A stretch of 64,000 nucleotides of DNA from a virus. Taxonomy: Duplodnaviria; Caudoviricetes. Numbering within the stretch: position 1 is the first letter of the stretch; each line of letters opens with the position of its first letter. Under the pieces are notes generated by a model that was not told the DNA's origin, searched no databases, and saw only the letters and a list, made by a program, of their open reading frames with translations. The position numbers and the translations under genes were made by a program. Of the stretch, positions 21,201 through 29,307 are shown piece by piece. The stretch is taken from the IMG/VR virus record IMGVR_UViG_3300012974_000008, positions 4,409-68,408 of that record; one strand, 5' to 3'.

Positions 21201-24200
21201 CTGCAGCCTGGAGATGATGCTCGTCAGCGACTCGAGGCCCAGGCCTGAGGTGACCCGGAAGGCCTCCTTGGCGATACCCCCAAGCGCACCCAGGAGCTTT
21301 CCGAGCTGCTGGGTGCGGGTGATGGACCGAGCGAAGTATGCCTCCATCGCGCCGCTGTCCTGAGCGTTCTCGGCCATGACGCGCCACCTGCGGGTGGTGT
21401 CGTCAAGCGAGCGACCGAACCAGGGCATGAAGCGGGTGCCAACCTCGGCAACCGGGATGAGGGCCTGGAGCAGGTTCGATGTCGAACGAGCAAAACCCTC
21501 GGTCGCTTCGGCCGAGTTGTTGAAAATGCTCGTGAAATCCATCGTGGCGCGCTGGGATCCCAGGTAGTCCAGCGCATGGCGCATGCCGACGTTGATCGCC
21601 GCGGCAGTCTTGCCCAGGCCGACCTCAAGGAGCGGCAGTTGCTCCTTGGCGAGATAGTGAACGTCTTCGCCGATACCTCGGAACAGCCTCTGCTGGACCG
21701 CGTTTCGCAGATCCATCCAAGCGTCACGCATGCCGTAGACGCCTGCGACGAAGCCCTGGGCGTTGGGGGCGAGCTTCTCGAGCTCGCGGTTGTACTCCTC
21801 GAGCGCCTTGGCGGCGGCGTCGCCTCCACCCATGGCTGCGACGACGTTCTCTTGCGCCTCGGCGACGCGCTCCATCGCCTCCGCATTGGCTTCGGCGGCG
21901 TCTTGCTGGGCCTGGGCGAGGCTCTGCTGTGCGTCGGCGACACCCTCAGCGGCTTCACGAACCCGCTCCTGGGCCTCTACGACGACATCTGAGCCCTCGA
22001 TGCCCTTGCGCTGGGCGTCGGCGTACTCCTCCTTCGTGCGCCCGTGCTCGCGGCGCAGATCGCGCTGCTGCTCGAGGGCCTGACGGTAGGAGAGGTCTGC
22101 GCGTCGCCTCTGGTTGGCGGTCGATTCGGGGTCGCGCAACACTTCGCCGAGTCGCTCACGCGCCTCCTCGACCGAGAGTGCGGCGTCCTCTTCCTCGTAC
22201 GCCATGTCGCGGATCGACTCGGTCAGATCCTCGTTCTGGCGCTGAGCGTCCTTGCGGGCCTTACTGAGGTCCTTCTGGGCGTCGGCGGACGACTTTTGGG
22301 CGCGCTGAATCCCCTTCTCCGCGTCGGCGATTGAGCGCGCGCCCTGGACCGCGGTCTTTGCCGCTGCCCTATTGGCCTTGTCGAGTTCCTTGCGGGCCGT
22401 CTGGGCGGCTCGGCTGTCGCTGCCACCGGCGCCGAGGGCGTCGGAGAGCTTGCCGGCGGCCTTGAAGGCTCCACCGATACCCGACATGCCAACACTGATG
22501 GCACCAAGGGCCGCACCGGCGGTGGCAGCCAAACCGGGGATCAGGCCGAGAACGCCCACCACCTGGGACAGCGAGCCGACCAGCGGGATCATGTTGACCA
22601 AGCCGAGGCCGGCGAGGGCAGCGCCTGCGGCCATGCCCACGGCGCCGACCGACGAGATCAGTCGGCCAGCGAGGATGAGCCGGTCAGTAAAGAAGCTGAT
22701 GCCGCGGGCGACGGTGTTCTGGACCACGTCACCGAAGCGTCGAATGGGGTTGAGGTCAATGCGCCTCTGCAGCACATTAGCTGTCTCGTTGTAGCTCTCA
22801 CGCAGACCGTCAACCGCGCGTCGTGCGCTGATGGACTGACGCGCGGACATGGTGACCGCATGGAACGCCCGACTCTCGCGATCGAGTGCCGCGGCACCGT
22901 TCTTGCTCGAGATGTTGCCACGCGCGCGGAGGTTGTTAACCTCGAGCTGCGCCGCGGCGAGTGCGAGCTGGTTCTTTTCGAGGGTGAGGACCGACCTGGC
23001 GAGGTTGTGGTTGGCGCTGTCGAGCGCACGGGCGCTCTGGGTGGCGTTACGCAGGGCGACGACGTCACCCTCGAGCTTGCTGTTGCCTACCTTGCTACTG
23101 CGCGCGGCCTCACGCACCCGGTCGACATAGACGACGTCCTTGTCCTCAGGGTGGGCTGCCAGCTCCGGTCGACGCCGGGCTGCCATTGCCTGCTCGCTGT
23201 TCTCGCGAGCCTTCTGCAGTTCCCGGTTGAGCTTGCGCTGGGCGGTGTTCTGCGCCTCGGTGAACTCCGTCAGCTTCTTTCGAGCCTTGTCGGCTGCCTG
23301 CTCCTGGATCGCCCACTCGTCAGCCAGCTTGGAGATCTCGCTCCAGCTGATTTCATTCTTCTGGTACTGGCGCAGCTTCTGGTTGTACCGCTCCTGGGCC
23401 TTCTCGAGGCGTGCCAGGTCCTTCTCGGTCGCCTGCATCTCGAGGCGTCGAGCCGACATCGTCCTGACGCGACGTGTGACGCGCGGGTCGACGCCGGACT
23501 GGCCCTGGGCGGACGAGCGGCTGAGTTCCTCGGCGACCTTGAGGTCCTTGTTCAGCTTGCGCTGGGCGGCGTTCTGCTGCCGGGTGTACTTGCCGAGTCG
23601 CTTCTGGGCGTTGGCGATCTGGGCCTGGTGGGCCTCGTACTCCTCGGCGAGGCGGGTGACTTCCTTGAAGTCGTTGATCCGGCCGAGCGCGTAGTCCTTA
23701 CGCTTGCGCTCGAACTCTTCCTCGACCTTGTTGAGTGCCTCGAGGTCCTTCGTTACGCGCGCGATGTCGGCACGGGATTTGTCGACCCTGAGCGCCGATT
23801 CGAAAGCCTTGCCCAGCGACTTGGAGTCGAAGCTGACACCCTCCGCAGCCCGTTGTGCGAAGTCCTTCTGGAGCCGGTCGTAGGTCCTGGTGACCGACTT
23901 CTTGTTGAGCTTGACGTCGGCCGGGATCGCGAGCTTATCGAAACCATGGCGGACCTCGCGCAGCTGCTCGCGGAAGTGCTTGTTGTCCAGCTCGGTGCGG
24001 ATGGTGACGTCGCGCTTGTGCTTGTGTAGTCCGGCGAGTTGCTCGCGCACGCGGGCCAGGTCGGACTGGCTGAGCTTGACGTTGGCCTCGACCTTGGCGT
24101 TCTGGCGCTCAAAGTCACGCAAAGTATCCCGTGCATCGTTGGTATCCAACGAAACACGGGCTGAGAGTTGCTTTGCGGAGTTTTCGACCTGGCGCTGGAG

Positions 24201-24278
24201 GTCATCCTTCCAACCCCGGAAGTCGGGGGCGACCTTGATCCAAGCGGTGCCTGCCTGATAGCGCTTGTTCAATGCCAT
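15234..24278 (-). CDS. Tape measure protein (~3014 aa) with C-terminal peptidase-like and lytic transglycosylase domains
   Basis: Long Ala/helical coiled coil; AGTAWIKVAPDF N-terminus; QIQSESSGN..GLLQMTP (SLT); NHMGQRALD..HYDHVHW; ATG at 24278 has AGGAG RBS. Confidence 0.95.
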   Translation of the reverse strand: MALNKRYQAGTAWIKVAPDFRGWKDDLQRQVENSAKQLSARVSLDTNDARDTLRDFERQNAKVEANVKLSQSDLARVREQLAGLHKHKRDVTIRTELDNKHFREQLREVRHGFDKLAIPADVKLNKKSVTRTYDRLQKDFAQRAAEGVSFDSKSLGKAFESALRVDKSRADIARVTKDLEALNKVEEEFERKRKDYALGRINDFKEVTRLAEEYEAHQAQIANAQKRLGKYTRQQNAAQRKLNKDLKVAEELSRSSAQGQSGVDPRVTRRVRTMSARRLEMQATEKDLARLEKAQERYNQKLRQYQKNEISWSEISKLADEWAIQEQAADKARKKLTEFTEAQNTAQRKLNRELQKARENSEQAMAARRRPELAAHPEDKDVVYVDRVREAARSSKVGNSKLEGDVVALRNATQSARALDSANHNLARSVLTLEKNQLALAAAQLEVNNLRARGNISSKNGAAALDRESRAFHAVTMSARQSISARRAVDGLRESYNETANVLQRRIDLNPIRRFGDVVQNTVARGISFFTDRLILAGRLISSVGAVGMAAGAALAGLGLVNMIPLVGSLSQVVGVLGLIPGLAATAGAALGAISVGMSGIGGAFKAAGKLSDALGAGGSDSRAAQTARKELDKANRAAAKTAVQGARSIADAEKGIQRAQKSSADAQKDLSKARKDAQRQNEDLTESIRDMAYEEEDAALSVEEARERLGEVLRDPESTANQRRRADLSYRQALEQQRDLRREHGRTKEEYADAQRKGIEGSDVVVEAQERVREAAEGVADAQQSLAQAQQDAAEANAEAMERVAEAQENVVAAMGGGDAAAKALEEYNRELEKLAPNAQGFVAGVYGMRDAWMDLRNAVQQRLFRGIGEDVHYLAKEQLPLLEVGLGKTAAAINVGMRHALDYLGSQRATMDFTSIFNNSAEATEGFARSTSNLLQALIPVAEVGTRFMPWFGRSLDDTTRRWRVMAENAQDSGAMEAYFARSITRTQQLGKLLGALGGIAKEAFRVTSGLGLESLTSIISRLQQVRTDLQGESGTRLASNFAGVREAFHSALNLAGALVQIVINDVVPAFRLIADVTGPIVQAIANLGVLISEHIPFVRTLLSLYLAFKVINMTMGGLGRAMDRLRPKVEGHVPLTQRLRDSWNAATKSKERYSSQTTRLGSGLQAFGVQNGKIQALGRSWDNAANSAGRMSTVMGGVRGAASSLFSFLGGGWGVAFAGLAVGYMLWDSHRRKIKEAEEAARKYGVAMEKAGIKIREAIRESRGDTGSQVLTATEEEFETRLTEIERTAKDGGPSFLDRVNRVVNGSNALDKYLLTDRAQGLTRQVTTEFDAKVDAKKTAEAQRNLLAKLKYDASDLARAVAGTEQEWRKYDSTLRANGETGKQLADIIAERRGQIQDEARLVRDLTPGYLDLVDALDTLGDSSSSTADKFDALRRAFDSLIPGNEQQEALAKYGETIDEIRKKVEQVDPKGGMGAELFDNGVLDVANSANARTLNQSIMEGQQAVAEAQMQNVDPEKLKQLWANYDSAIRTLGGSMGVADSTMDDLLTKMFSTPDQVTSVVVLENADPVSRDLGAISLMLQSLHNQGKPIEGQIEINSTEAYEALEATGAQLEHIEGKQWAVKFDTEESFEDFQRLQAMLTTWNTVKSSATVDLDTDTFKLKEADARRLLGVLDQYKSEPWATLLHQSLIDNQGGAIQLLDELAGHPAAATARLELDQLRRDVLEATEIIDPRNWVLLQGGAFTGKPEDKSPVTDPFDNDTGIELPGWMRDGDQPAPGANKPANKPAPAAAEPAPAPAPAPAPTRAGDVPAGAHRRADGQLGYVKNPKTGYAAARGWEWVPKGDGFVQKKRDDYSKVLKQRYLGGRLPMLGLGGRMPTSGPGTERRDGFLAVGPDGMPQARVDGGEWVINSRSSEEWDWLLAAINSGKLRGFAAGGSLAGRKSGSFGLGAVGNPFGSMANGVMGLGGAFGQAIDGALPAWKQFGSTLASTAANFIQPALSSVNSAITQMGIQFPLIAQTRVTPAWLNMANLLNTAKQSIIDPMFAGVGTRLDDLTAHFPAAAAIIEPTWLNLTSRILAAKTGTIDPAFTGVKEGLRNVQSAFGIAVPAIATQWDGIRSATADPVRFTINTVFNDGLVGMWNSVSDLIGSKPMPRYTAKFARGGVLPGNTPGVDIHTFYSPTLGELHLGGGEGIIRPEAVRAMGGARAIDQINKDAREGRLHPVKGNPAHYANGGVFGRFARGGTISGGHIQGGAEITSPIQRVMWDAVRTAFPNVNLVSGTRYADVGSGFDNHMGQRALDLTGPMPQIARWIYQLNKTQPVEELIHAPLGGWQNLKAGRPLNYGAGTDADHYDHVHWAMAAMRSFAGRLVSMAGGGAPGAPMQSPADMVKDLLKPMKAEVQQKISAKKFPGMMGQLPGLIFGSLSKQIESQAVNLAQMSGMYSGPAVAPGGSVERWRPMVIAALRRNGFDPSRRNQDLMLSQIQSESSGNEKAIQTVIDVNSGGNEAGGLLQMTPGTYEAHRDPSLPNDRFDAWSNMNASLRYYRREYGDDLGTMWGKGHGYDRGGMWENNTLGWNTSGKPEAVFTNKEWLLVDKLVRALTKPEMFRALTAQPTPVAMGATPTPEKLRYTPPEEPKDEEVVEEKASPIEFAPAKIDPETSQPYEVDPETGVPIDPKTGTKFTVDPVTQQAITTDDRGLYIDPETGKPFYGTIGEKAQNSATTKPAIEYTPAKVNPETGQPYETDQNTGVPIDPKTSKPFEVDPATGKPIAKDERGLYVDPETGKPFYGLDAERYELNQSDQDDTFTFENNADELGAQSDWVDEYTGPMSDVFKKGKLLGQLGHALAQPGAIQRIGNDKLMNTQIQDAKKRQDELNLYKSDQAQKINELRAQGKHDEAAAIEREAREKIAGMSEMPGTSKGTQAMLATMQENPGAQWRRESEDEWRKWAGDNWAGMAETVVAAGAGGAANSGAGQIAGTVNINTTDLSGAFREMDRRTKRAARSNSRVVRR

Positions 24279-24300
24279 CAGTGAGACTCCTTGTGTAGGA

Positions 24301-25286
24301 CTAGAATCCAAGCTCCTTCAGTGCTTGCTTGGCTTCTTCGCGATCAAGTCGACGTCGAACAGCTTCGACGGCCGAGACGGGTCGGGGTGTGGGTCGAACC
24401 CGCGGTGGACGTTTGCCCTTGGGCAGGTTCACGCCGATGAGAGTGGAATTGAGGACCTTGACGCTGTCGTTGAGTTGCGCGAGCAGATCTGCTTCGCGTG
24501 TCCATCCAACGAATGAGGTCGGAGATGTTCGGACATCCTCCCCCTCCTCTTCTTCTGGGGGTGCGATGCCGCTTTTGAGCATGCGCTCGCGCTCGACGTC
24601 ATCAATCAGCCTCTGCGCCTTGACGAGTTCCTCGGCGAGCTTCTCGTTGGTGAATATGGCTGACTTGTAACGTGATTCACCCGGCAACCCGGTGATGAAT
24701 CGGTGGAGCAGAGGCCAAGGGCGATCTCCTCGCATGAACTCATGCAGAGTGAATCCTCGATCCATGAGATCGCCCTCGATGGCCCAGCCGTAGGCCTCGA
24801 TGATCTCGACTAGGCCGACGATCCCCCCGGCATCGTGGCCGCGCTGGCCTTGATGGCATCCATCTGGCCACCGAAGAAGTACTCGGTGAGATCCTGCGCG
24901 AAGCGCAGTGCCACCTGGACCGGGAACGGCCCGAGGAACTTCGGCCAGATCAGATCGAAGGCGTCATCGCCCAGCAACGCCTTGATGTAGGGCTGGACGT
25001 CCTTGACGTCCACGTCGCCGTGGATGTCGCAGAGGTTGACGATCGCCAGCGCACGGTCGGCGGTGTCCGGGGCGGTGATGTGGATGATGTTGTCTGCACC
25101 GAACCCGTCGAAGGGGTAGGGATCCTGGGGGGCGTACTCCCCCATCACCTCATTGAACAGCGTCCAGAAGCGCGACGGCTTCTCCTCCTTGTCACCCGCG
25201 GTCTCGCTGGCGGTGGGGGCGTCCGTGGTGGTTGCGTCGGTGACACCCTCGGAGGCGGCGCTTTCGGTGCTGACTTCGTCGATCAT
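24301..25286 (-). CDS. Tail assembly chaperone, long form via -1 frameshift
   Basis: G GGG GGA slippery heptamer at 24828-24822; the -1 frame reads GIVGLVEIIEAYGWAIEGDLMDRGF... into ORF 24301..24765. Confidence 0.88.
24810..25286 (-). CDS. Tail assembly chaperone, short form
   Basis: 158 aa between major tail and tape measure. Confidence 0.88.
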   Translation of the reverse strand: MIDEVSTESAASEGVTDATTTDAPTASETAGDKEEKPSRFWTLFNEVMGEYAPQDPYPFDGFGADNIIHITAPDTADRALAIVNLCDIHGDVDVKDVQPYIKALLGDDAFDLIWPKFLGPFPVQVALRFAQDLTEYFFGGQMDAIKASAATMPGGSSA

Positions 25287-25322
25287 TGTGTTGCTATCTC
25301 CCCTGAGATTAGTTGTGGTGGA

Positions 25323-25523
25323 TTACTTCTTGTCCGCGGCGGGCTTTTCCGCAACGGGCTTGGGCACAGTTACTGCCGGCGCTGCGACGACATCCTTGGG
25401 TACGTCGTTCGCGTCCTTCTTTGGAGCGAATCCTCGTGCGAGGTAGTTGTGGTAGTCGATGGCGCTCTCGGCGTAGATGGCCGAGTCGCCCTTCACCATG
25501 AGGGTCTTTTCGAATTTCGCCAT
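25323..25523 (-). CDS. Small tail-module protein (66 aa)
   Basis: AGGAG RBS; Pro/Ala/Lys-rich tail. Confidence 0.7.
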   Translation of the reverse strand: MAKFEKTLMVKGDSAIYAESAIDYHNYLARGFAPKKDANDVPKDVVAAPAVTVPKPVAEKPAADKK

Positions 25524-25567
25524 GTGGTGTCTCCTAAAGCCCCGGGATGAAGTGTGGTTTGGAGCGC

Positions 25568-25604
25568 TGCCCCGCTGCCGCCGGGGAGACTTCAGCAGCG
25601 GGGC
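25568..25604. terminator. GC-rich hairpin downstream of the deacetylase gene
   Basis: GCCCCGCTG...CAGCGGGGC inverted repeat; further IRs GGGCC/GGCCC (~25615) and CCCTCTAATT/AATTAGAGGG (25681-25712). Confidence 0.5.
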
Positions 25605-25730
25605 AACGACAATGGGCCCGTAGGCCCGAAAATGAGGATGGGAAGAATGATCTTTCGGCGCCAGAATCGCGCTCGAATGTCCCTCTAATTATTCTTTCAC
25701 CGAATTAGAGGGTCATCAAGACTATTGGCA

Positions 25731-27092
25731 TCACGGTCGGTAAGCTAGCCCAGCTTCTCGGACCTGATCGATCGTGGCTACCGAAATCCCCGAAGCCGCT
25801 ATGTAATCGACTATCGCCTGATGGTCGGCGACCGAGAAGTCATTGGCTATCCCCTTCGTGGCCGGCAGGTCGTGGAACACCAGGATTAGCCAGGTCTCGT
25901 TGGCAATCGCCCGGTCGATCTCGGCCTGGATCTGAGCGACGGTCAAGTTGCCGCAGTTCTGGCCATACATCCGCCGGGGTAGCGAGGGGTTCTGCATTTC
26001 GTCTGCGCCCGCGGCAGAGAACCGCCCGAGCGCCAATCTTCCTGCGCCGTAGAACTTGCGTAGATCCTGCTCGGCGTCGGCGTTGACCATACCGTTGGGG
26101 TAGGCGAAAGACGTGCTGGCGTACCCCCGCCGCTGCTGCCAGGACCGAAGGGCGCGGAACTCTGCGACACGCTCTTCCGGGGTCATTCCGGTTACTGACT
26201 GAACATGCCGCGCATAGGTGGTCGCGTGTGCGCCGATCTCCCAGCCGGACGTGAAAGCGAGTGAATCCACCTGCGCCTCTGTGAGGTACCCGGGCTGCCC
26301 TATACGGTCCAGGATCGGGAACAGGACGCCGGAGAATCCGTGCTTATCCAGGTGCGGTCGTGCGACGGTATAGTGCGAGGAGAAGGAGTCGTCGTAGGTG
26401 AGGGTGACCACGCCCCCGGGGAATATGGGCACTGGATCGGGGACGGTTTCGATTCGCCCAAGTCGGACGGTTGCAGCAACATTCCGGTCGTTGATGAGAA
26501 TCCGCATGAACGTCAGGGCTGACCGATCCGGGGCGCCTGTGGCAACCGCGGTCGCCCAGGGTAGGGCGATCGGCACCCACTCGCCGGCCTTGTAGGGGCG
26601 TTGCACCTCTGGGATGCCGGTCGACGAAAAAGCGGACTCCAGCGTGTAATAGCCAGTGAACGCCGCACTGTCTGAGAGGAGGATGCGGATCCGGCCAAGC
26701 GTATCTGGTGCGGCAACCTTGACCCAGATCCGATACATCCTGTCATCGGGGATTGGGTTGAGGCCTGATGCCTGCACGATTGCCGAGGCGCCGGTACCGC
26801 CAGTGGTTACCCGAAGACTCTGTGTGCCGAATGCGAACTCGGACGTGTCATTCAGGTTGCTGGTGCCACCGCCGGGCGACTGGATTGTGAACCCGTGCCC
26901 CGGCTCGAAGTTTGTGACGACCCTCGCGTCCTGGCGGGCGAACTGAGCAACGCCGCCTTCGCCGCGGGGAGCATACGAGCTGTCGGCATCCCGCTTGGTG
27001 ATCCGGTCGTCGATTCCGTCAAAGATGTTGTCAAAGAAGGGCTTGTTGGCTCGGGTGACGCCGTCGGTCACATTCGGTCTGTTGTAGGCCAT
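25731..27092 (-). CDS. Fibre-like protein with C-terminal polysaccharide deacetylase (CE4/NodB) domain
   Basis: TLTYDDS, WEIGAHATTYARH, FAYPNG, LILVFHD = CE4 motifs; N-terminus MAYNRPNVTDGVTRANKPFFDNIFDGI resembles virion fibre N-termini. Confidence 0.85.
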   Translation of the reverse strand: MAYNRPNVTDGVTRANKPFFDNIFDGIDDRITKRDADSSYAPRGEGGVAQFARQDARVVTNFEPGHGFTIQSPGGGTSNLNDTSEFAFGTQSLRVTTGGTGASAIVQASGLNPIPDDRMYRIWVKVAAPDTLGRIRILLSDSAAFTGYYTLESAFSSTGIPEVQRPYKAGEWVPIALPWATAVATGAPDRSALTFMRILINDRNVAATVRLGRIETVPDPVPIFPGGVVTLTYDDSFSSHYTVARPHLDKHGFSGVLFPILDRIGQPGYLTEAQVDSLAFTSGWEIGAHATTYARHVQSVTGMTPEERVAEFRALRSWQQRRGYASTSFAYPNGMVNADAEQDLRKFYGAGRLALGRFSAAGADEMQNPSLPRRMYGQNCGNLTVAQIQAEIDRAIANETWLILVFHDLPATKGIANDFSVADHQAIVDYIAASGISVATIDQVREAGLAYRP

Positions 27093-27105
27093 GAAGGTCT
27101 CCGGG

Positions 27106-27150
27106 AAAATAGAAACGCGGCGGGCGGGCCACTAGAGCCAGCCCGCCGCG
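27106..27150 (-). terminator. Intrinsic terminator after major tail
   Basis: CGCGGCGGGC/GCCCGCCGCG stem followed on the minus strand by TTTCTATTTT. Confidence 0.75.
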
Positions 27151-27156
27151 CTGCGG

Positions 27157-27240
27157 TCAATGGATGACGAAGGCGTCCCCGACGGTGAGGCGGTCACCCA
27201 CCACTGGGGCGCCACCTCCCGGCGGGTTCGTCAGTTTCCC
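27157..27240 (-). CDS. Predicted -1 frameshift extension of the major tail protein (25 aa)
   Basis: G GGA AAC heptamer immediately before the TGA; -1 frame LTNPPGGGAPVVGDRLTVGDAFVIH*. Confidence 0.7.
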   Translation of the reverse strand, partial: GKLTNPPGGGAPVVGDRLTVGDAFVIH

Positions 27241-27899
27241 GCGAAGCCGTGCTCGGCCTCGAGCGCCTTCCAGCCCGGACCGCAGATGATGGTCCTGACG
27301 GCGTAACCCGCGTCCTCGTCCACCTTGGCCCGGCCGGTGATGTTGTAGTCGATCGCGCCGTCCTGCGACCACGACTGCTCGCCGACTTCGGTGATGATGA
27401 AGTTGGGGCAGTACTTGACGATGTAGATCGCACGGTCGCCCTGGCCGTCGACGGTGATGAAGGCGGCGCGGTGGTAGATCACGTCCGGTGCGGTCGGATC
27501 GGCGAATGCGGTCTCGCCGGTCTGCGCGTCGGGGGTGACCGCGCTGTAGTCGGCGTTGTGGTACAGCTCGAGAACCTTGCGGTTGGTCTCCTGTGCCACG
27601 AAGTTCACCGTGGTGTTGCGCGAGATGATGTCGGTACGCGACGACTCGAGCAGGCCCCAGGTATCGACCTCGGAGACCTCGGTCTCCGGGGTGAAGGTCG
27701 GCGGGTTCTCCTTCGAGATCGCGCCGAGCGGCTCATGGCCTTCGGGCTTGTTGAAGACGATGGTCGAGGGCGGGCCCGCGGTGAACGTGGTCCACGAGGT
27801 CGGAACGGGAGCCGACCGCGGGGCGAAGAGGATTCCGCCGGCCAGGGGCTTGCGGATCAGGCTCTTCTTGATGCCCTGAATGTCGTTGAGAGTGGCCAT
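27231..27899 (-). CDS. Major tail (tube) protein
   Basis: LIRKPLAGGILFAP, VDTWGLLESSRTDI, actinophage tail-tube pattern; position after tail terminator. Confidence 0.9.
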   Translation of the reverse strand: MATLNDIQGIKKSLIRKPLAGGILFAPRSAPVPTSWTTFTAGPPSTIVFNKPEGHEPLGAISKENPPTFTPETEVSEVDTWGLLESSRTDIISRNTTVNFVAQETNRKVLELYHNADYSAVTPDAQTGETAFADPTAPDVIYHRAAFITVDGQGDRAIYIVKYCPNFIITEVGEQSWSQDGAIDYNITGRAKVDEDAGYAVRTIICGPGWKALEAEHGFAGN

Positions 27900-27909
27900 T
27901 ATTGCTCTC

Positions 27910-28401
27910 CTAGCAATTGATGGAAGTTGGTGTGGTGCCTCGTGCTCCGGCGAAGAGTTCGAGGTACTCGGCAGCTCGAGAAAGGAGTTTCAGATCCTCT
28001 TTAAGAAGTCCGATTGCCGTATTGCACTGGGAGCAGAGGAGTCCCCGCTTTTCCCCAGTTGCGTGACAGTGATCTACGTTCAGTTTCGAGTCGACGGGGG
28101 CGAGTTCGCAGATGGCGCATTTGCCGCCCTGTTCGACGAGCAGATCGTTGTACTCAGCGAGGGTGATCCCGTATCGCGCACGTAGTTTGCGGTCGGCATC
28201 ACATTCTCGGCATTTGTTGTCGTAGCCATTCCGGCGCGACTTGTGGGCGTTGAAGTGGTCAATCGACTTCACTTCGCCGCATGCGACGCACCGTCCATAG
28301 GAAACGTCGCAGTCCGGACATAGCAGCAGGCCCTGTGTTCGTGAGCTTCTTGTCCAGGTTTTCCGGCAGTGCACGCAAGTGCGCTCTGTCGCTGTGGACA
28401 T
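27910..28401 (-). CDS. Endonuclease VII-like HNH (probable homing endonuclease)
   Basis: YGITLAEY..QGGKCAIC..VDHCHATGEKRGLLCSQCN; N-terminal CxxC zinc motifs. Confidence 0.88.
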   Translation of the reverse strand: MSTATERTCVHCRKTWTRSSRTQGLLLCPDCDVSYGRCVACGEVKSIDHFNAHKSRRNGYDNKCRECDADRKLRARYGITLAEYNDLLVEQGGKCAICELAPVDSKLNVDHCHATGEKRGLLCSQCNTAIGLLKEDLKLLSRAAEYLELFAGARGTTPTSINC

Positions 28402-28865
28402 TAGAAACGAAGCGAGATCGGAATCCAGAAGGAACCTTCGACGAATCTGTTGTCAGGATCGAAGTCTGGCTCCAGTGCGCCGGCCTCGACGACCGAGGTC
28501 GGCTCGATGAGGACGGTTCCCAGGATTTCCCCGGCTTCGTTCCTCTGTATGACCTCGTAGGGCATGCCCTTGTTGAGGATCCTGGCGCTGACCTTGCGGT
28601 GAGTTGCCCAGGCCTCCTGCCGGTTTCGGCCAATGCTGACCGTGGTCATGAGGGCCATGTCGGTCATGCCTTCGTCATCGATACCGCCGGCGGGCAGGCG
28701 GTTCGTGACGATGATCGGGAGGATGTCGTCCCAGCCGGAAAAGTACTCACCGTTGGCTTCTGCCTCGGCGAACTCCTGCCACTCTGGGATGGCGGTGTCG
28801 GTGTATCCGAGGTCGGACAGGTGCTCCATGAGAAGCAGTTCTGCGTCGATGTCGTCCTCGGTCAA
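28401..28865 (-). CDS. Tail terminator
   Basis: DIDAELLLMEHLSDLG, RLPAGG; position upstream of major tail. Confidence 0.75.
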   Translation of the reverse strand: MTEDDIDAELLLMEHLSDLGYTDTAIPEWQEFAEAEANGEYFSGWDDILPIIVTNRLPAGGIDDEGMTDMALMTTVSIGRNRQEAWATHRKVSARILNKGMPYEVIQRNEAGEILGTVLIEPTSVVEAGALEPDFDPDNRFVEGSFWIPISLRF

Positions 28866-29305
28866 CGTGCCTCCAGGGTTTTCACAATGCTGGCCCTACG
28901 GCGACTGTCGCCACCGAGGACGTGTTCAGCATTTCCACGCTTGCGGGCGCGACCCCTGACGCTTCTTTCGTATCTCTTAGCTACCGCCCTGGAATATCCA
29001 CCGCCACGTTTGATCTCGGCCGCGGATCCAAACTCACGCGGGAGGCCGTGTCGTGCTGTGGTCCAGATCTCTCCAGCCCAACGATCCTTTTTGTCGCCAC
29101 CAAGGCCAACTTTGCCCTGGACGCTTTTGAAGTTCTTCGGCTGATGCGGGCGGCTACGGCGACCCTTTACGACTCTTTTCGAATAGAGCTGTTTGCCGAG
29201 TTCTACCTTCTCATCAAGCATGCGCTTGATTGGGATGCTCTTCAAGGCATTTCCCACATACTCACGCTCGTGCTTGAATTCGAGGTGAATCCGTCGGACG
29301 GCCAT
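28862..29305 (-). CDS. Neck / tail-completion protein
   Basis: Basic protein with REFGS motif in head-tail cluster. Confidence 0.6.
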   Translation of the reverse strand: MAVRRIHLEFKHEREYVGNALKSIPIKRMLDEKVELGKQLYSKRVVKGRRSRPHQPKNFKSVQGKVGLGGDKKDRWAGEIWTTARHGLPREFGSAAEIKRGGGYSRAVAKRYERSVRGRARKRGNAEHVLGGDSRRRASIVKTLEAR

Positions 29306-29307
29306 TG

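Noticed and set aside
27185-27228. H-type pseudoknot downstream of the major-tail slippery site (GAGGTGG pairing with CCGCCTC)
   Set aside because: The connecting loop would be only 2 nt across a 7-bp stem; only a simple hairpin is claimed.
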